From positions 397 through 64,396 of the forward strand of contig JBBTYQ010000003.1 of assembly GCA_038078555.1 (NCBI GenBank): a DNA stretch of 64,000 bases, read 5' to 3'. The stretch comes from Patescibacteria group bacterium. GTDB taxonomy: Bacteria; Patescibacteriota; Minisyncoccia; UBA6257; UBA9933. Under the pieces are notes generated by a model. That model was not told where the DNA came from, did not search any database, and was given only the letters and a program-made list of their open reading frames with translations. The position numbers were made by a program, and so were the translations under genes. Position 1 is the stretch's first letter. The number at the start of each line of letters is the position of its first letter. Shown piece after piece: positions 10,002 to 18,531 of this stretch.

Positions 10002-10617
10002 AATCCGCTTTTTTAAAATACTTAAAATGCTTATACATCAGCCAAACGCCAACTGATAAAATGGCTATTACAATCAAATAATCAAATTGCCGGAAATAAA
10101 TATGAAGCGCTTCCCAGTTTTTTCCGAAAATTAAGCCCAAATAAGTCAGAAACAATGACCATAAAAAACTGCCGGAAAATGTCAAAATTGAAAAACGCCA
10201 AATTGATTTAAATCTTAAAATACCCAAAGGAAAAGAAATAAAAGTTCGCGCCACCGGCAAAATACGGGAAATAAATACAGCGTAATCTCCAAAACGGTCA
10301 ATCCAAGTTCTCGCCCGTTCCACTTCAGCGGAAATTTTGTGATTATTCCATTTCAAAATGCCATTTCTCACCAAACTTCCCAGCCAATAGGAAAAAAGAG
10401 AGCCAAATAAATTTCCAAAAGCGCCTACAAAAACCACCAGCCAAAAACTGAAAACGCCCGATGAAACCAAAAATCCCGAAAAAGGCATAATTACCTCCGA
10501 AGGAATCGGTAAATTAGCGGATTCCAGAAACATCAAAAAAAATACCCCCCAATAACCAGTATTGCTTATCAAAAGCAAAGCATAACCAGAAATAATGCTT
10601 AAAATTGAAAATGTCAT
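10000..10617 (-). CDS. DedA family membrane protein
   Basis: 205 aa with the DedA-type pattern FLESANLPIPSEVIMPFSGFLV and multiple TM helices. Confidence 0.85.
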   Translation of the reverse strand: MTFSILSIISGYALLLISNTGYWGVFFLMFLESANLPIPSEVIMPFSGFLVSSGVFSFWLVVFVGAFGNLFGSLFSYWLGSLVRNGILKWNNHKISAEVERARTWIDRFGDYAVFISRILPVARTFISFPLGILRFKSIWRFSILTFSGSFLWSLFLTYLGLIFGKNWEALHIYFRQFDYLIVIAILSVGVWLMYKHFKYFKKAD

Positions 10618-10633
10618 ATGTTGAAAAATAAAT

Positions 10634-11623
10634 TTATCTTTTCAGAATTTTTGCCGCTTCATCCGGATCAACAACCGTAATTTCAATGCCTGTACCCAGC
10701 TCAAAACCGGCCGAAATGCTGATTTTCGGCAGAATTTCAATATGCCAATGATAATGGCTGTGCTGTCGCTTGTCACTTACCGGCGCGGTGTGAATAAAAA
10801 AATTATAATCCGGATCTTTAAGCTTTTTTTCAATTTTTAACAGCGCTTTTTGCAAAGCATCAACCACAAAACTCATTTCTTTACTCGCGGTGTCCTCAAA
10901 ATAAGACAAATGATTTTTTGGAAATACTCTAAGTTCAAACGGCTCGCGCGAGACAAAAGGCGCAAAAACAATCGCGCCTTTATTTTCATAAATTATTCGG
11001 CGATTAATTTTTTTCTCCCATTCAATCATCACGCAATGAACACATTTTTTATTTTCATCAAAATATCGGGCTGAACCTAAAAGCGAATGTCCTACATCGG
11101 GCGGCACTACAGGAATAGCTGTCATCTGATAATGAGGGTGGTAAACAGAAGCGCCGGCTTTTGGCCCCCAATTGTGAAAAATTGAAACATAAGCCGAGCA
11201 ATCGCCTTTGGTTACCGACAGATAACGCTCTTTAAACGCTTGAAAAACCAAATTAGCCTCGCTCGCCGAAAGAGCGCCAAAATTTTTATTATGATCCCGC
11301 GTAATTATTAAATCATGGTGGCCAACGCCCTCAATTATCGGATAGGGCCCGTGATTAAAAGTTTTTGCGCAAACGTTTTTATGAATAAAAGCCGGATACT
11401 TATTTTCAATTCCCTGAACCAGCCAATCTTTGCTGTTTTTTTTATGATATAAAAGAAACGGCTGACTATGGCCGCTTTTTTGCGGATTTTCAAAAGGACA
11501 ATCTTTTGCTGAAACTTTTGTTCTTTTTTCTTTTCTAATCAATTGATCCGGCTTTTTGGCTCTTTTTGGCGCAATAACAATCCAATCGCCGGAAACAATA
11601 TCTTGTCTCAATTCGCTATTCAT
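10634..11623 (-). CDS. galT: Galactose-1-phosphate uridylyltransferase-like (GalT/HIT superfamily) nucleotidyltransferase
   Basis: 329 aa with the HxHxQ catalytic motif (VYHPHYQ) and a Cys/His metal site near the N-terminus (CPFEN...GHH). Confidence 0.8.
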   Translation of the reverse strand: MNSELRQDIVSGDWIVIAPKRAKKPDQLIRKEKRTKVSAKDCPFENPQKSGHSQPFLLYHKKNSKDWLVQGIENKYPAFIHKNVCAKTFNHGPYPIIEGVGHHDLIITRDHNKNFGALSASEANLVFQAFKERYLSVTKGDCSAYVSIFHNWGPKAGASVYHPHYQMTAIPVVPPDVGHSLLGSARYFDENKKCVHCVMIEWEKKINRRIIYENKGAIVFAPFVSREPFELRVFPKNHLSYFEDTASKEMSFVVDALQKALLKIEKKLKDPDYNFFIHTAPVSDKRQHSHYHWHIEILPKISISAGFELGTGIEITVVDPDEAAKILKR

Positions 11624-11679
11624 AAATGATTAGTAATTAGGTAATTGGCAATTTAGTAATTACTTTTTTGCTTAATTAC

Positions 11680-13551
11680 TCACTTACTTTTAATTCTATT
11701 TTCATAATACCATCTTAAAACATCGTTTGCCACTGGCACGGCATTAAGAGCGCCTTCTTTGGCATTTTCCACTAAAACTAAAATAGCGATTTCCTGATTA
11801 TTTGGAGAATTTAAAGTATAACCTACAAAAAACGCATTAATTTTAGTATTACCTTGAATCTGGGCAGTGCCGGTTTTTGCTGCTACTTTCAAAGGCAAAT
11901 TATTGAGCAAATAAGCGGTGCCGTAAGATTTTTCCACTGCATCAATCATGCCGCGCTCCACTTCTTTAAAATAATCGGCTGATTCCGCTTCCGAAAGGTC
12001 GTTAATCACTTCGAGTTTGATATCATTAATAGATTCTCCATTATCGGAAATTATGGCTTTTACCGCGTGCGGCTTATAAATTTTACCGTTATTGGCAACA
12101 GCGGTAATATAACTTAAAAGCTCGATTGGCGTAATTATAAAATCGCCTTGGCCTATGCTGACGTTATAGGTATCGCCTACTCTCCAAGGCTGACCAGTGC
12201 GCTTTTCTCTTTCTTCGGGGTCAGGCAAAAAACCGCTGCTTTCTCCCGATAAATCTACGCCAGTTTTATCGCTTAACCCGAATTCTTGCCAATATTTTTT
12301 CAACCTATAAATACCAAGGCCTTTAACGTTTTCAAATCCGCCTCCAATTGTATAAAAATAAACATTGCTGGAACGGGCAAGGGCAGAATGAAAATCAACC
12401 CAGCCATGAGCTTTCCAATCGACAAACCGGCTGGGATTATCCGGAAAATAAGGATTAGGAATTTCAATATAACCGCCGGAAAAAATCTTATCTTGAGTAT
12501 CAATAATTTTTTCTTTTAATGCCGCGTAGGCAACCAGCGGTTTAATGGTTGAACCGGGAGAATAAACTCCGGAGATGACACGGTTAAAAAATGGCTGATT
12601 AGGATTGTTAAGCGCTTCGGCGGTTATTTTATTGCTGTCAAAGCTCGGCAAGCTGACAAGCGCCAAAATCTCTCCGGTTTTAGGGTCAAGCGCGAGACCG
12701 GCGCCTGCCGAACTTCCTAAATTATTTAAAGCTAATTTCAAACGTTCGTAGAAATATTTTTGCAATTCTGAATCAATGGTTGTAATAATATTATTTCCTT
12801 TTTGAGAATCGCGCAAAAACTTATCGTCAATTATTTCACCCTTGACATTGCGATAATAAATTATCTGGCCTTCTTGGCCTCTTATTTTATCATCGTAATA
12901 ATTTTCCAAACCGGTTTTACCGATAGTATCGTTTAACGAGAAAGAATCATTTTCTTTTAAATCAGTTTTATTAACCGGACCGGTATAACCGAGAATATGG
13001 GAAAAAATATAAGAATCGAAATACTCACGTTTGAAATTTTCCTCTATTTGAACCGCGCTTAAATTAAGGTTTTTTATATTATTCGCCTGTTCTTCGTTAA
13101 GCTGAATATTAAGAATTATGGAATTTTGTTTTTCTAAATCAACGTTTTTAATCAATGCTTCAATTTCCTCAATTGAAATGCCGAGGATTTTATTAAGCGC
13201 CTCAAGAGTTTGGCTATGTTTACCTTCTTCTTTAAGAAGCTCCGGTAATTTTAAACTTAAGCGATAAACCGATAAATTTTTTACAAGCGGTTTATTAAAA
13301 CGGTCAAAAATTATTCCTCTTTCCGTGGGAATAGAAACCAAAAGACCCGCATTAATCAAGGCCCGATTTTTATAAAAATCCGCCTTTATGCCTCCCAAAA
13401 AAATCACCCTGCCAAAAACAAGAGTGATTACCAATAACACCGCAATTTTTACTAAATTAAAAGCTCTTTTTGAAAGCGGCACCTCCAATAAATCAAGCCC
13501 CTCGCCCAAATCGTCGAGAATAGCCTCTTCCAGCATCAAATCCTTAGGCAT
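11680..13551 (-). CDS. mrdA: Penicillin-binding protein 2 (elongation transpeptidase)
   Basis: 623 aa with an N-terminal TM helix and the motifs SxxK (STIKP), SSN and KTGTA. It lies directly downstream of mreB. Confidence 0.9.
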   Translation of the reverse strand: MPKDLMLEEAILDDLGEGLDLLEVPLSKRAFNLVKIAVLLVITLVFGRVIFLGGIKADFYKNRALINAGLLVSIPTERGIIFDRFNKPLVKNLSVYRLSLKLPELLKEEGKHSQTLEALNKILGISIEEIEALIKNVDLEKQNSIILNIQLNEEQANNIKNLNLSAVQIEENFKREYFDSYIFSHILGYTGPVNKTDLKENDSFSLNDTIGKTGLENYYDDKIRGQEGQIIYYRNVKGEIIDDKFLRDSQKGNNIITTIDSELQKYFYERLKLALNNLGSSAGAGLALDPKTGEILALVSLPSFDSNKITAEALNNPNQPFFNRVISGVYSPGSTIKPLVAYAALKEKIIDTQDKIFSGGYIEIPNPYFPDNPSRFVDWKAHGWVDFHSALARSSNVYFYTIGGGFENVKGLGIYRLKKYWQEFGLSDKTGVDLSGESSGFLPDPEEREKRTGQPWRVGDTYNVSIGQGDFIITPIELLSYITAVANNGKIYKPHAVKAIISDNGESINDIKLEVINDLSEAESADYFKEVERGMIDAVEKSYGTAYLLNNLPLKVAAKTGTAQIQGNTKINAFFVGYTLNSPNNQEIAILVLVENAKEGALNAVPVANDVLRWYYENRIKSK

Positions 13552-13558
13552 ATTTAAA

Positions 13559-14608
13559 TTAAATGTTTATTTCTAAAGGCCGTAATGGAGTGTTAAAAAT
13601 ATGAGAGAAATCAGGAATATTTTCCGCAATAATACCAGTGCCTCTTACAACGCAAGTAAGCGGGTCGTCAACAACCATAGTAGCCACGTTAATTTCCCGT
13701 TCAATTAATTCATCTATGCCTCTTAGCAAACTGCCGCCGCCGCAAAGATAAATACCGCGTTTTAAAATATCGCCTACCAGCTCCGGCGGAGCTGTTTCAA
13801 TGGTTTCTTTTATCGCGCTCACAATAGAATGAAGCGAACGAGAAATAGCCGCCCGAATTTGCGTGCCTTTAACTAACACTTCCCGAGGTAAGCCACTAGA
13901 CATATCTCTGCCTCTGATCGCCATTTCCAGTCTTTCATCTTGAGAAACCGCCGAACCGATATTTATTTTAAGCTCTTCAGCAGTAGGCTCTCCGATCATT
14001 AATTTAAATTCGTCCCGGATAAATCTGATAATATCATCGTTAAGCTTATCACCGGCAACTTTTAAGCTTTTAGCGGTAACAGTGCCAGCCATAGAAATTA
14101 TGGCGATTTCCGATGTCCCTCCGCCAATATCAATTATCATATTGGCTGATGGTTCATTAATGGGCAGACGGGCGCCCAAGGCCGCGGCAACCGGCTCTTC
14201 AACAAGATAAACTTTTGTCGCACCGCTCGATATCGCCGCATCTTCAACCGATTTTCTTTCCACTTCAGTAAGATTAGTGGGAATGCCGATAACCGCCCGA
14301 TGATAATTAAAGAACTTATTGCCGCTGATTTTACGGAAATAATGGCGCAGAATTTCCTGAGTTATTTCAAAATCGGAAATTACGCCGTTAGTAAGCGGCC
14401 TTATCACGGAAACATGGCTGGGCGCGCGACCCATCATTTTTTTGGCTTCATCTCCAATGGCTAAAACTTGATTGGTTTTTTTATTGATAGCGACGATAGA
14501 AGGCTCGTTTATCACAATGCCTTTGCCTTTTAAATAAACCAGGGAATTGGCTGTTCCAAGATCAATGCCTATGTCTTTTAAAAAATAATTAGAAATGCTG
14601 GATATCAT
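13559..14608 (-). CDS. mreB: Rod-shape protein MreB
   Basis: 349 aa with actin-fold motifs DLGTANS and DIGGGTSE. Confidence 0.96.
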   Translation of the reverse strand: MISSISNYFLKDIGIDLGTANSLVYLKGKGIVINEPSIVAINKKTNQVLAIGDEAKKMMGRAPSHVSVIRPLTNGVISDFEITQEILRHYFRKISGNKFFNYHRAVIGIPTNLTEVERKSVEDAAISSGATKVYLVEEPVAAALGARLPINEPSANMIIDIGGGTSEIAIISMAGTVTAKSLKVAGDKLNDDIIRFIRDEFKLMIGEPTAEELKINIGSAVSQDERLEMAIRGRDMSSGLPREVLVKGTQIRAAISRSLHSIVSAIKETIETAPPELVGDILKRGIYLCGGGSLLRGIDELIEREINVATMVVDDPLTCVVRGTGIIAENIPDFSHIFNTPLRPLEINI

Positions 14609-14612
14609 CGTT

Positions 14613-15857
14613 TTATTTTTTATTAAATAATTTAATTAATTCTTTTTCGTTTGCCAATTCTATTTTTTGCTTGCTTCTATTTTTAACCTCAATTTTATTG
14701 CCGGTTTTTTCACTGACAACCAACCTATAAGGAATGCCGATTAAATCCGCGTCGGCAAATTTCTCGCCAATACTAACATCGCTTCTGTCATCATACAATA
14801 CCTCGACTCCTAATTTTTGCAAATTTTTATAAACCGAATCGGCCAGTTTTTTTACACCGGTTTTTTCGCTTAATCTTAATAAGTGCACAGAATAAGGAGC
14901 CACTGTTTCTGGCCAAATAATGCCTTTATTATCATGATTAACTTCAACAATAGTGCCTAATAGCCTATTTAGACCGATGCCGTAGCAACCCATTACCACG
15001 CCTTTTTCATTACCGCTTTCGTCTTTATATTTTAAATCAAAAGGCTGGGAATATTTAAGCTTTAATTTAAAAATATTGCCGACTTCAACCGCTTTTTCTG
15101 TTTTTAAATTTTGATTGCCGCACTCCGGGCAAACTTTTTGCTCTTCAATAATCTCCTTATTTATCGCCACTTGGCACTTATCACAGATATAAATTATATC
15201 TTCGCCGGCCGGCGTAAGCGTCTGAAACTCATGGGAATACTTGGAAAATGTCCCGCCGGAGGCAAAGGTTAAATAAGTTGATTTTCCAATGCCGGCTTTT
15301 TTAAATATTTGAAAATAAGCTTTTATGGCTTTTTCATAATATTTATCCAAATCCGCCTCGTCTTTATGAAAGGAATACAAGTCTTTCATGAAAAATTCCC
15401 GGCCTCTTAATAACCCTGATTTTGCCCGAGATTCATCGCGAAATTTATTCTGAATCTGAAAAACATACTTTGGCAAATCCTTATGAGAAAATATGAATTT
15501 TGCCATTAAGGGCGACACTATTTCTTCATGAGTCGGGCCAAGCGCATAATCGGCTTTGGAATAAAAACTGGTAAATTTAAACAAAGAATCGTAAGTTTCC
15601 CAGCGGCCGGTGCGCTCCCAATTGGTTTTTGACTGAAGACTGGGCATTAAAATTTCCACTCCTCCTATGGCCTTAATTTCCTCCCGTATTATATTTTCTA
15701 TTTTTTTGAAAACCTTGAGACCTAAGGGCAAAAAAGTATAAACTCCTGCCATTGTTTTATCGATAAATCCGGCGCGGATTAAAAGCTGGGCGTTTATCGC
15801 TTCTTCGTCTCTTGGAGCTTCGCGCTTAGTTTTAGAAAAAAGTTCTGATTGAATCAT
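14613..15857 (-). CDS. proS: Prolyl-tRNA synthetase, short form without INS editing domain
   Basis: 414 aa with class II motif 2 (FRDESRAKSGLLRGREFFMKDLYSF) and motif 3 (GCYGIGLNRL). A C4 knuckle (CDKC-x16-CPEC) sits where bacterial ProRS carries the INS domain. Confidence 0.9.
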   Translation of the reverse strand: MIQSELFSKTKREAPRDEEAINAQLLIRAGFIDKTMAGVYTFLPLGLKVFKKIENIIREEIKAIGGVEILMPSLQSKTNWERTGRWETYDSLFKFTSFYSKADYALGPTHEEIVSPLMAKFIFSHKDLPKYVFQIQNKFRDESRAKSGLLRGREFFMKDLYSFHKDEADLDKYYEKAIKAYFQIFKKAGIGKSTYLTFASGGTFSKYSHEFQTLTPAGEDIIYICDKCQVAINKEIIEEQKVCPECGNQNLKTEKAVEVGNIFKLKLKYSQPFDLKYKDESGNEKGVVMGCYGIGLNRLLGTIVEVNHDNKGIIWPETVAPYSVHLLRLSEKTGVKKLADSVYKNLQKLGVEVLYDDRSDVSIGEKFADADLIGIPYRLVVSEKTGNKIEVKNRSKQKIELANEKELIKLFNKK

Positions 15858-15942
15858 CTCTTAAATCATATTAAAACAATTTGCTTGTGTCAAAAAAAAA
15901 CAGCCCCGCAATTCGGACTGTTTTTACAAAAATAATTTAAAA

Positions 15943-16500
15943 TTAAAACTTCACTTTTACCGGTTCTTTCGCCTCTTCAGCCTCAAGCTGGAAAAATTCT
16001 TCTTTATGGAATCTGAATACACCGGCAATTAAATTAGTGGGAAAAACTTCAGTCTTAGTATTATATTCCATCACATTGCCGTTATAAAATCGGCGAGCGG
16101 CCTGAATCTTATTTTCTGTATCGGAAAGCTCTTCTTGAAGCTTTACAAAACTTTCCACCGCGCGTAATTGAGGATATGCTTCAGCAATGGCAAAAATACT
16201 TTTCAAGGCGCTCGTAATCATATTTTCCGCTTCTTCTTTTTCGTGAACTGTCTGCGCTCCCAATGCTTTTGCCCGCGCATTTGTTACTTTTTCAAAAGCT
16301 TCTGTTTCGTGAGCCGCATAGCCCTTTACGGTTTCCACTAAATTAGGAATCAAGTCATATCGGCGCTTTAATTGCACATCAATATCAGCCCAGGATTCTT
16401 TGACTCTGTAACGCCACCTGACCAAAGAATTATAAGTTAAAACCAGCCATAAAATTATAACTATGGCTACAACAATAATGACATTAACTAAATTAACCAT
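15943..16500 (-). CDS. lemA: LemA family protein
   Basis: 185 aa with an N-terminal TM helix and the LemA pattern (WADIDVQLKRRYDLIPNLVETVKGYAAHE). Confidence 0.9.
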   Translation of the reverse strand: MVNLVNVIIVVAIVIILWLVLTYNSLVRWRYRVKESWADIDVQLKRRYDLIPNLVETVKGYAAHETEAFEKVTNARAKALGAQTVHEKEEAENMITSALKSIFAIAEAYPQLRAVESFVKLQEELSDTENKIQAARRFYNGNVMEYNTKTEVFPTNLIAGVFRFHKEEFFQLEAEEAKEPVKVKF

Positions 16501-16611
16501 AAAATTTAGCTTTAAAATCGCTTGCTTTGCGACCTTTGCTGTTTGTTTTATTTTAATTCAAAACAAAAAGAGGCGCAAGTTTAGATATTCTTAAATTTCA
16601 TAACTATAAAA

Positions 16612-16643
16612 CAAAAAGCCCCGATGGTATCCACCATCGGGGC
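16612..16643 (-). terminator. Rho-independent terminator of the 16667-17161 gene
   Basis: An 11-bp perfect stem (GCCCCGATGGT / ACCATCGGGGC) with loop ATCC is followed by a T-run on the minus strand. Confidence 0.75.
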
Positions 16644-16666
16644 TTGGTTGATTTACTTCTTCAACT

Positions 16667-17161
16667 TCAACTCGCTACTCGTTTATATATAAACATTGGC
16701 ATGTGGTTGAGTATCCACTCTCTTAAACACCAGTCTTTTTTGGAGCGAACACGCGCCTGAGTGGAATCAGGGCAGTACCATTCGTCTTCTGAATATTCAT
16801 CAATTCTCCCGCAAATTCCGACCTTGGGACTTATGCCCGCCTCACGACACGCGTATTTGAGATTTCGCAAACAGCGTTTGAGATGAGGCTTTGCGGCAAC
16901 TATCCAAAGCTCTCTTAAATCTTGCTCTTTTGCCCACTTAGCCGCTCCTCTGGCTATTCGAAGCGTTGGCGGAGGATTGCCTGGTTCCTCGTCAGTATAT
17001 TTCACTTTAATTCCCGGCTCTTTTATGCGAATATCGAGCTGAGTATAAATCGGGATGCTGAACTTTCGCGCTTTTTGCAAAGCAATTCTTGCAATGCGCA
17101 AGTTAGACAAGATGGTATCCGGAGTCCCAAAAGCAAATGCCACAACAGCCGCTTTTTTCAT
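16667..17161 (-). CDS. Hypothetical protein, compositionally atypical (about 50% GC)
   Basis: 164 aa. It has a strong SD (GGAGG, 8-nt spacer) and its own terminator. Sampled lines are 50-57% GC against about 30-40% in the surroundings. I recognise no family. Confidence 0.6.
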   Translation of the reverse strand: MKKAAVVAFAFGTPDTILSNLRIARIALQKARKFSIPIYTQLDIRIKEPGIKVKYTDEEPGNPPPTLRIARGAAKWAKEQDLRELWIVAAKPHLKRCLRNLKYACREAGISPKVGICGRIDEYSEDEWYCPDSTQARVRSKKDWCLREWILNHMPMFIYKRVAS

Positions 17162-17283
17162 CCCAATCGCCTCCTTCTATATTTTTTAGTTATGTAAATT
17201 TTCTTCCCTTATGATAACATAATAAAATTAATATGTCAATAATACGATAACATACAAAAAGTTTTTAAAGTTTAGCTATCACT

Positions 17284-17399
17284 GGCGCTCCCGCAAGGAA
17301 TCGAATCCGTCAGTAGGCGGAGTGAGCCTATCAACTGCTTAAAAAATTTTATCCGCCCACTGGCGGACCGGCTGGCGGATTTGCCATTAAGCTATGGGC
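17284..17399 (-). pseudogene. Degenerate tRNA-Lys-derived unit with two GC-rich insertions (chimeric 3' end ...GCGGGAGCGCCA)
   Basis: The minus strand keeps the blocks CCCATAGCTTAATGGCAAAT, TTTTAAGCAGTTGAT and TTCGATTCCTTG, which are shared with the adjacent tRNA-Lys. The acceptor strands do not pair, and the anticodon and T stems are broken. Confidence 0.55.
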
Positions 17400-17421
17400 T
17401 ATGGGTTGAAAAGATTTACTG

Positions 17422-17492
17422 TGCCCCCACAAGGAATCGAACCTTGATCAGCTGCTTAAAAGGCAGCTGCTTTGCCACTAAGCTATGGGGGC
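17422..17492 (-). tRNA. tRNA-Lys(UUU)
   Basis: A 71-nt cloverleaf: GCCCCCA/TGGGGGC acceptor, anticodon arm GCTGC-CTTTTAA-GCAGC, T arm CAAGG-TTCGATT-CCTTG. No CCA is encoded. Confidence 0.92.
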
Positions 17493-17511
17493 ACAGTAAA
17501 TCTTTTCAGAT

Positions 17512-17769
17512 TTATTTATTTGTTAATTTTCTAATAAATTCTCTTCCTTTAAAACTCTTTAACTCTTTTTCCCTAATCATCGCTTCTTTTCTAGTATCAA
17601 AACTTTCTTTATAAATCAATCTCCAAAAACCACTATTCTTACTTGTAAACGATTTTGCTTTATTTTTCAATAATCCGTTGTGCCTTTTTAGTCTTTCTTC
17701 CAAATTTGATGTATGACCGATATAGATTTTATCTCTTTCCTTGTTGTAAATGGCATAAATAAAAAACAT
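17512..17769 (-). CDS. GIY-YIG nuclease family protein (small, URI-domain only)
   Basis: MFFIYAIYNKERDKIYIGHTSNLEERLKRHN... is a GIY-YIG core. The ORF track extends it to 17829, but that extension (MANPPAGGLLSR...) is a read-through of a tRNA fragment. Confidence 0.85.
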   Translation of the reverse strand: MFFIYAIYNKERDKIYIGHTSNLEERLKRHNGLLKNKAKSFTSKNSGFWRLIYKESFDTRKEAMIREKELKSFKGREFIRKLTNK

Positions 17770-17794
17770 TCTTTTAATTTCTTTTCTGCTTATT

Positions 17795-17843
17795 CTGCTT
17801 AAAAGTCCGCCGGCCGGCGGATTTGCCACTAAGCTATGGGGGC
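17795..17843 (-). pseudogene. 5' fragment of tRNA-Lys with a palindromic GC insertion
   Basis: The first 22 nt and the block CTTTTAAGCAG are identical to tRNA-Lys. The anticodon-stem 5' strand is replaced by the palindrome CCGCCGGCCGGCGG, and there is no 3' half. Confidence 0.7.
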
Positions 17844-17852
17844 AAATTAACT

Positions 17853-18101
17853 CTATGTGTTTTCTAATAATTTTTTAATTTTAACGCCTCCTTTCTGTTT
17901 TTTTAACCATCTTTCAAACTCTAATGCAAATTTTTTACTTTCAAACTCGCGCCAATATATTAATTTAAAAGGTCTTCTACTTTTCGTTGATTTACTCTTG
18001 CCTTCGTTATGCCATTTTAACCTTTTTTCGATATTATAAGTTGAGCCAATATAATTTTTATTATCTTTTTCGCTTTTTATAATATACACAAAATGCTTCA
18101 T
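17853..18101 (-). CDS. GIY-YIG nuclease family protein
   Basis: 82 aa with MKHFVYIIKSEKDNKNYIGSTYNIEKRLKWHN, a GIY-YIG core. Confidence 0.85.
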   Translation of the reverse strand: MKHFVYIIKSEKDNKNYIGSTYNIEKRLKWHNEGKSKSTKSRRPFKLIYWREFESKKFALEFERWLKKQKGGVKIKKLLENT

Positions 18102-18209
18102 TGACCAATCTTTTTTGTGAAATTAACACCGAAAAATAATGCGTTTATTTTTATAAAATATAAACCCCGCAAAGCGGGGCAACCTTTCAGCTAAATTTTT
18201 CAAAATAAT

Positions 18210-18521
18210 TTAGCTGATTTTTACAATTTCCGCTTCGGTATAATGCTGGCGATGGCCTTTTTTCTTCCGATAACGGGTTTTGGAGTGATACCTAAAAACG
18301 ATTTTCTTTTTATCTCTCGCTTGTTTTAAAATTTTTGCCTCAGCTTTGGCGCCGTTTACATAAGGAGCGCCGATTTTAACGTTTTCCTTGTCAGCTATCA
18401 ATAAAACCTTGTCAAAAATAACACTGGCGCCTTCTTCGCCGTCTATTTTCTCTATTTTAATTTTTTGGCCGGGAGAAACCTTATATTGTTTACCCCCTGT
18501 TTCAATAATAATAAATTCCAT
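18210..18521 (-). CDS. rplU: Ribosomal protein L21
   Basis: 103 aa starting MEFIIIETGGKQYKVSPGQKIKIEKI, a typical L21 N-terminus. Confidence 0.95.
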   Translation of the reverse strand: MEFIIIETGGKQYKVSPGQKIKIEKIDGEEGASVIFDKVLLIADKENVKIGAPYVNGAKAEAKILKQARDKKKIVFRYHSKTRYRKKKGHRQHYTEAEIVKIS

Positions 18522-18531
18522 GTCTTTAAAA

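Noticed and set aside
17281-18110. A group I intron or intron-encoded homing endonuclease interrupting tRNA-Lys, or interrupting the tRNA-like gene at 42406-42586
   Set aside because: The intervening sequences are far too short and unstructured for a group I or group II intron core. In addition, an intact tRNA-Lys copy sits beside the fragments, so duplication or insertion explains the layout better.
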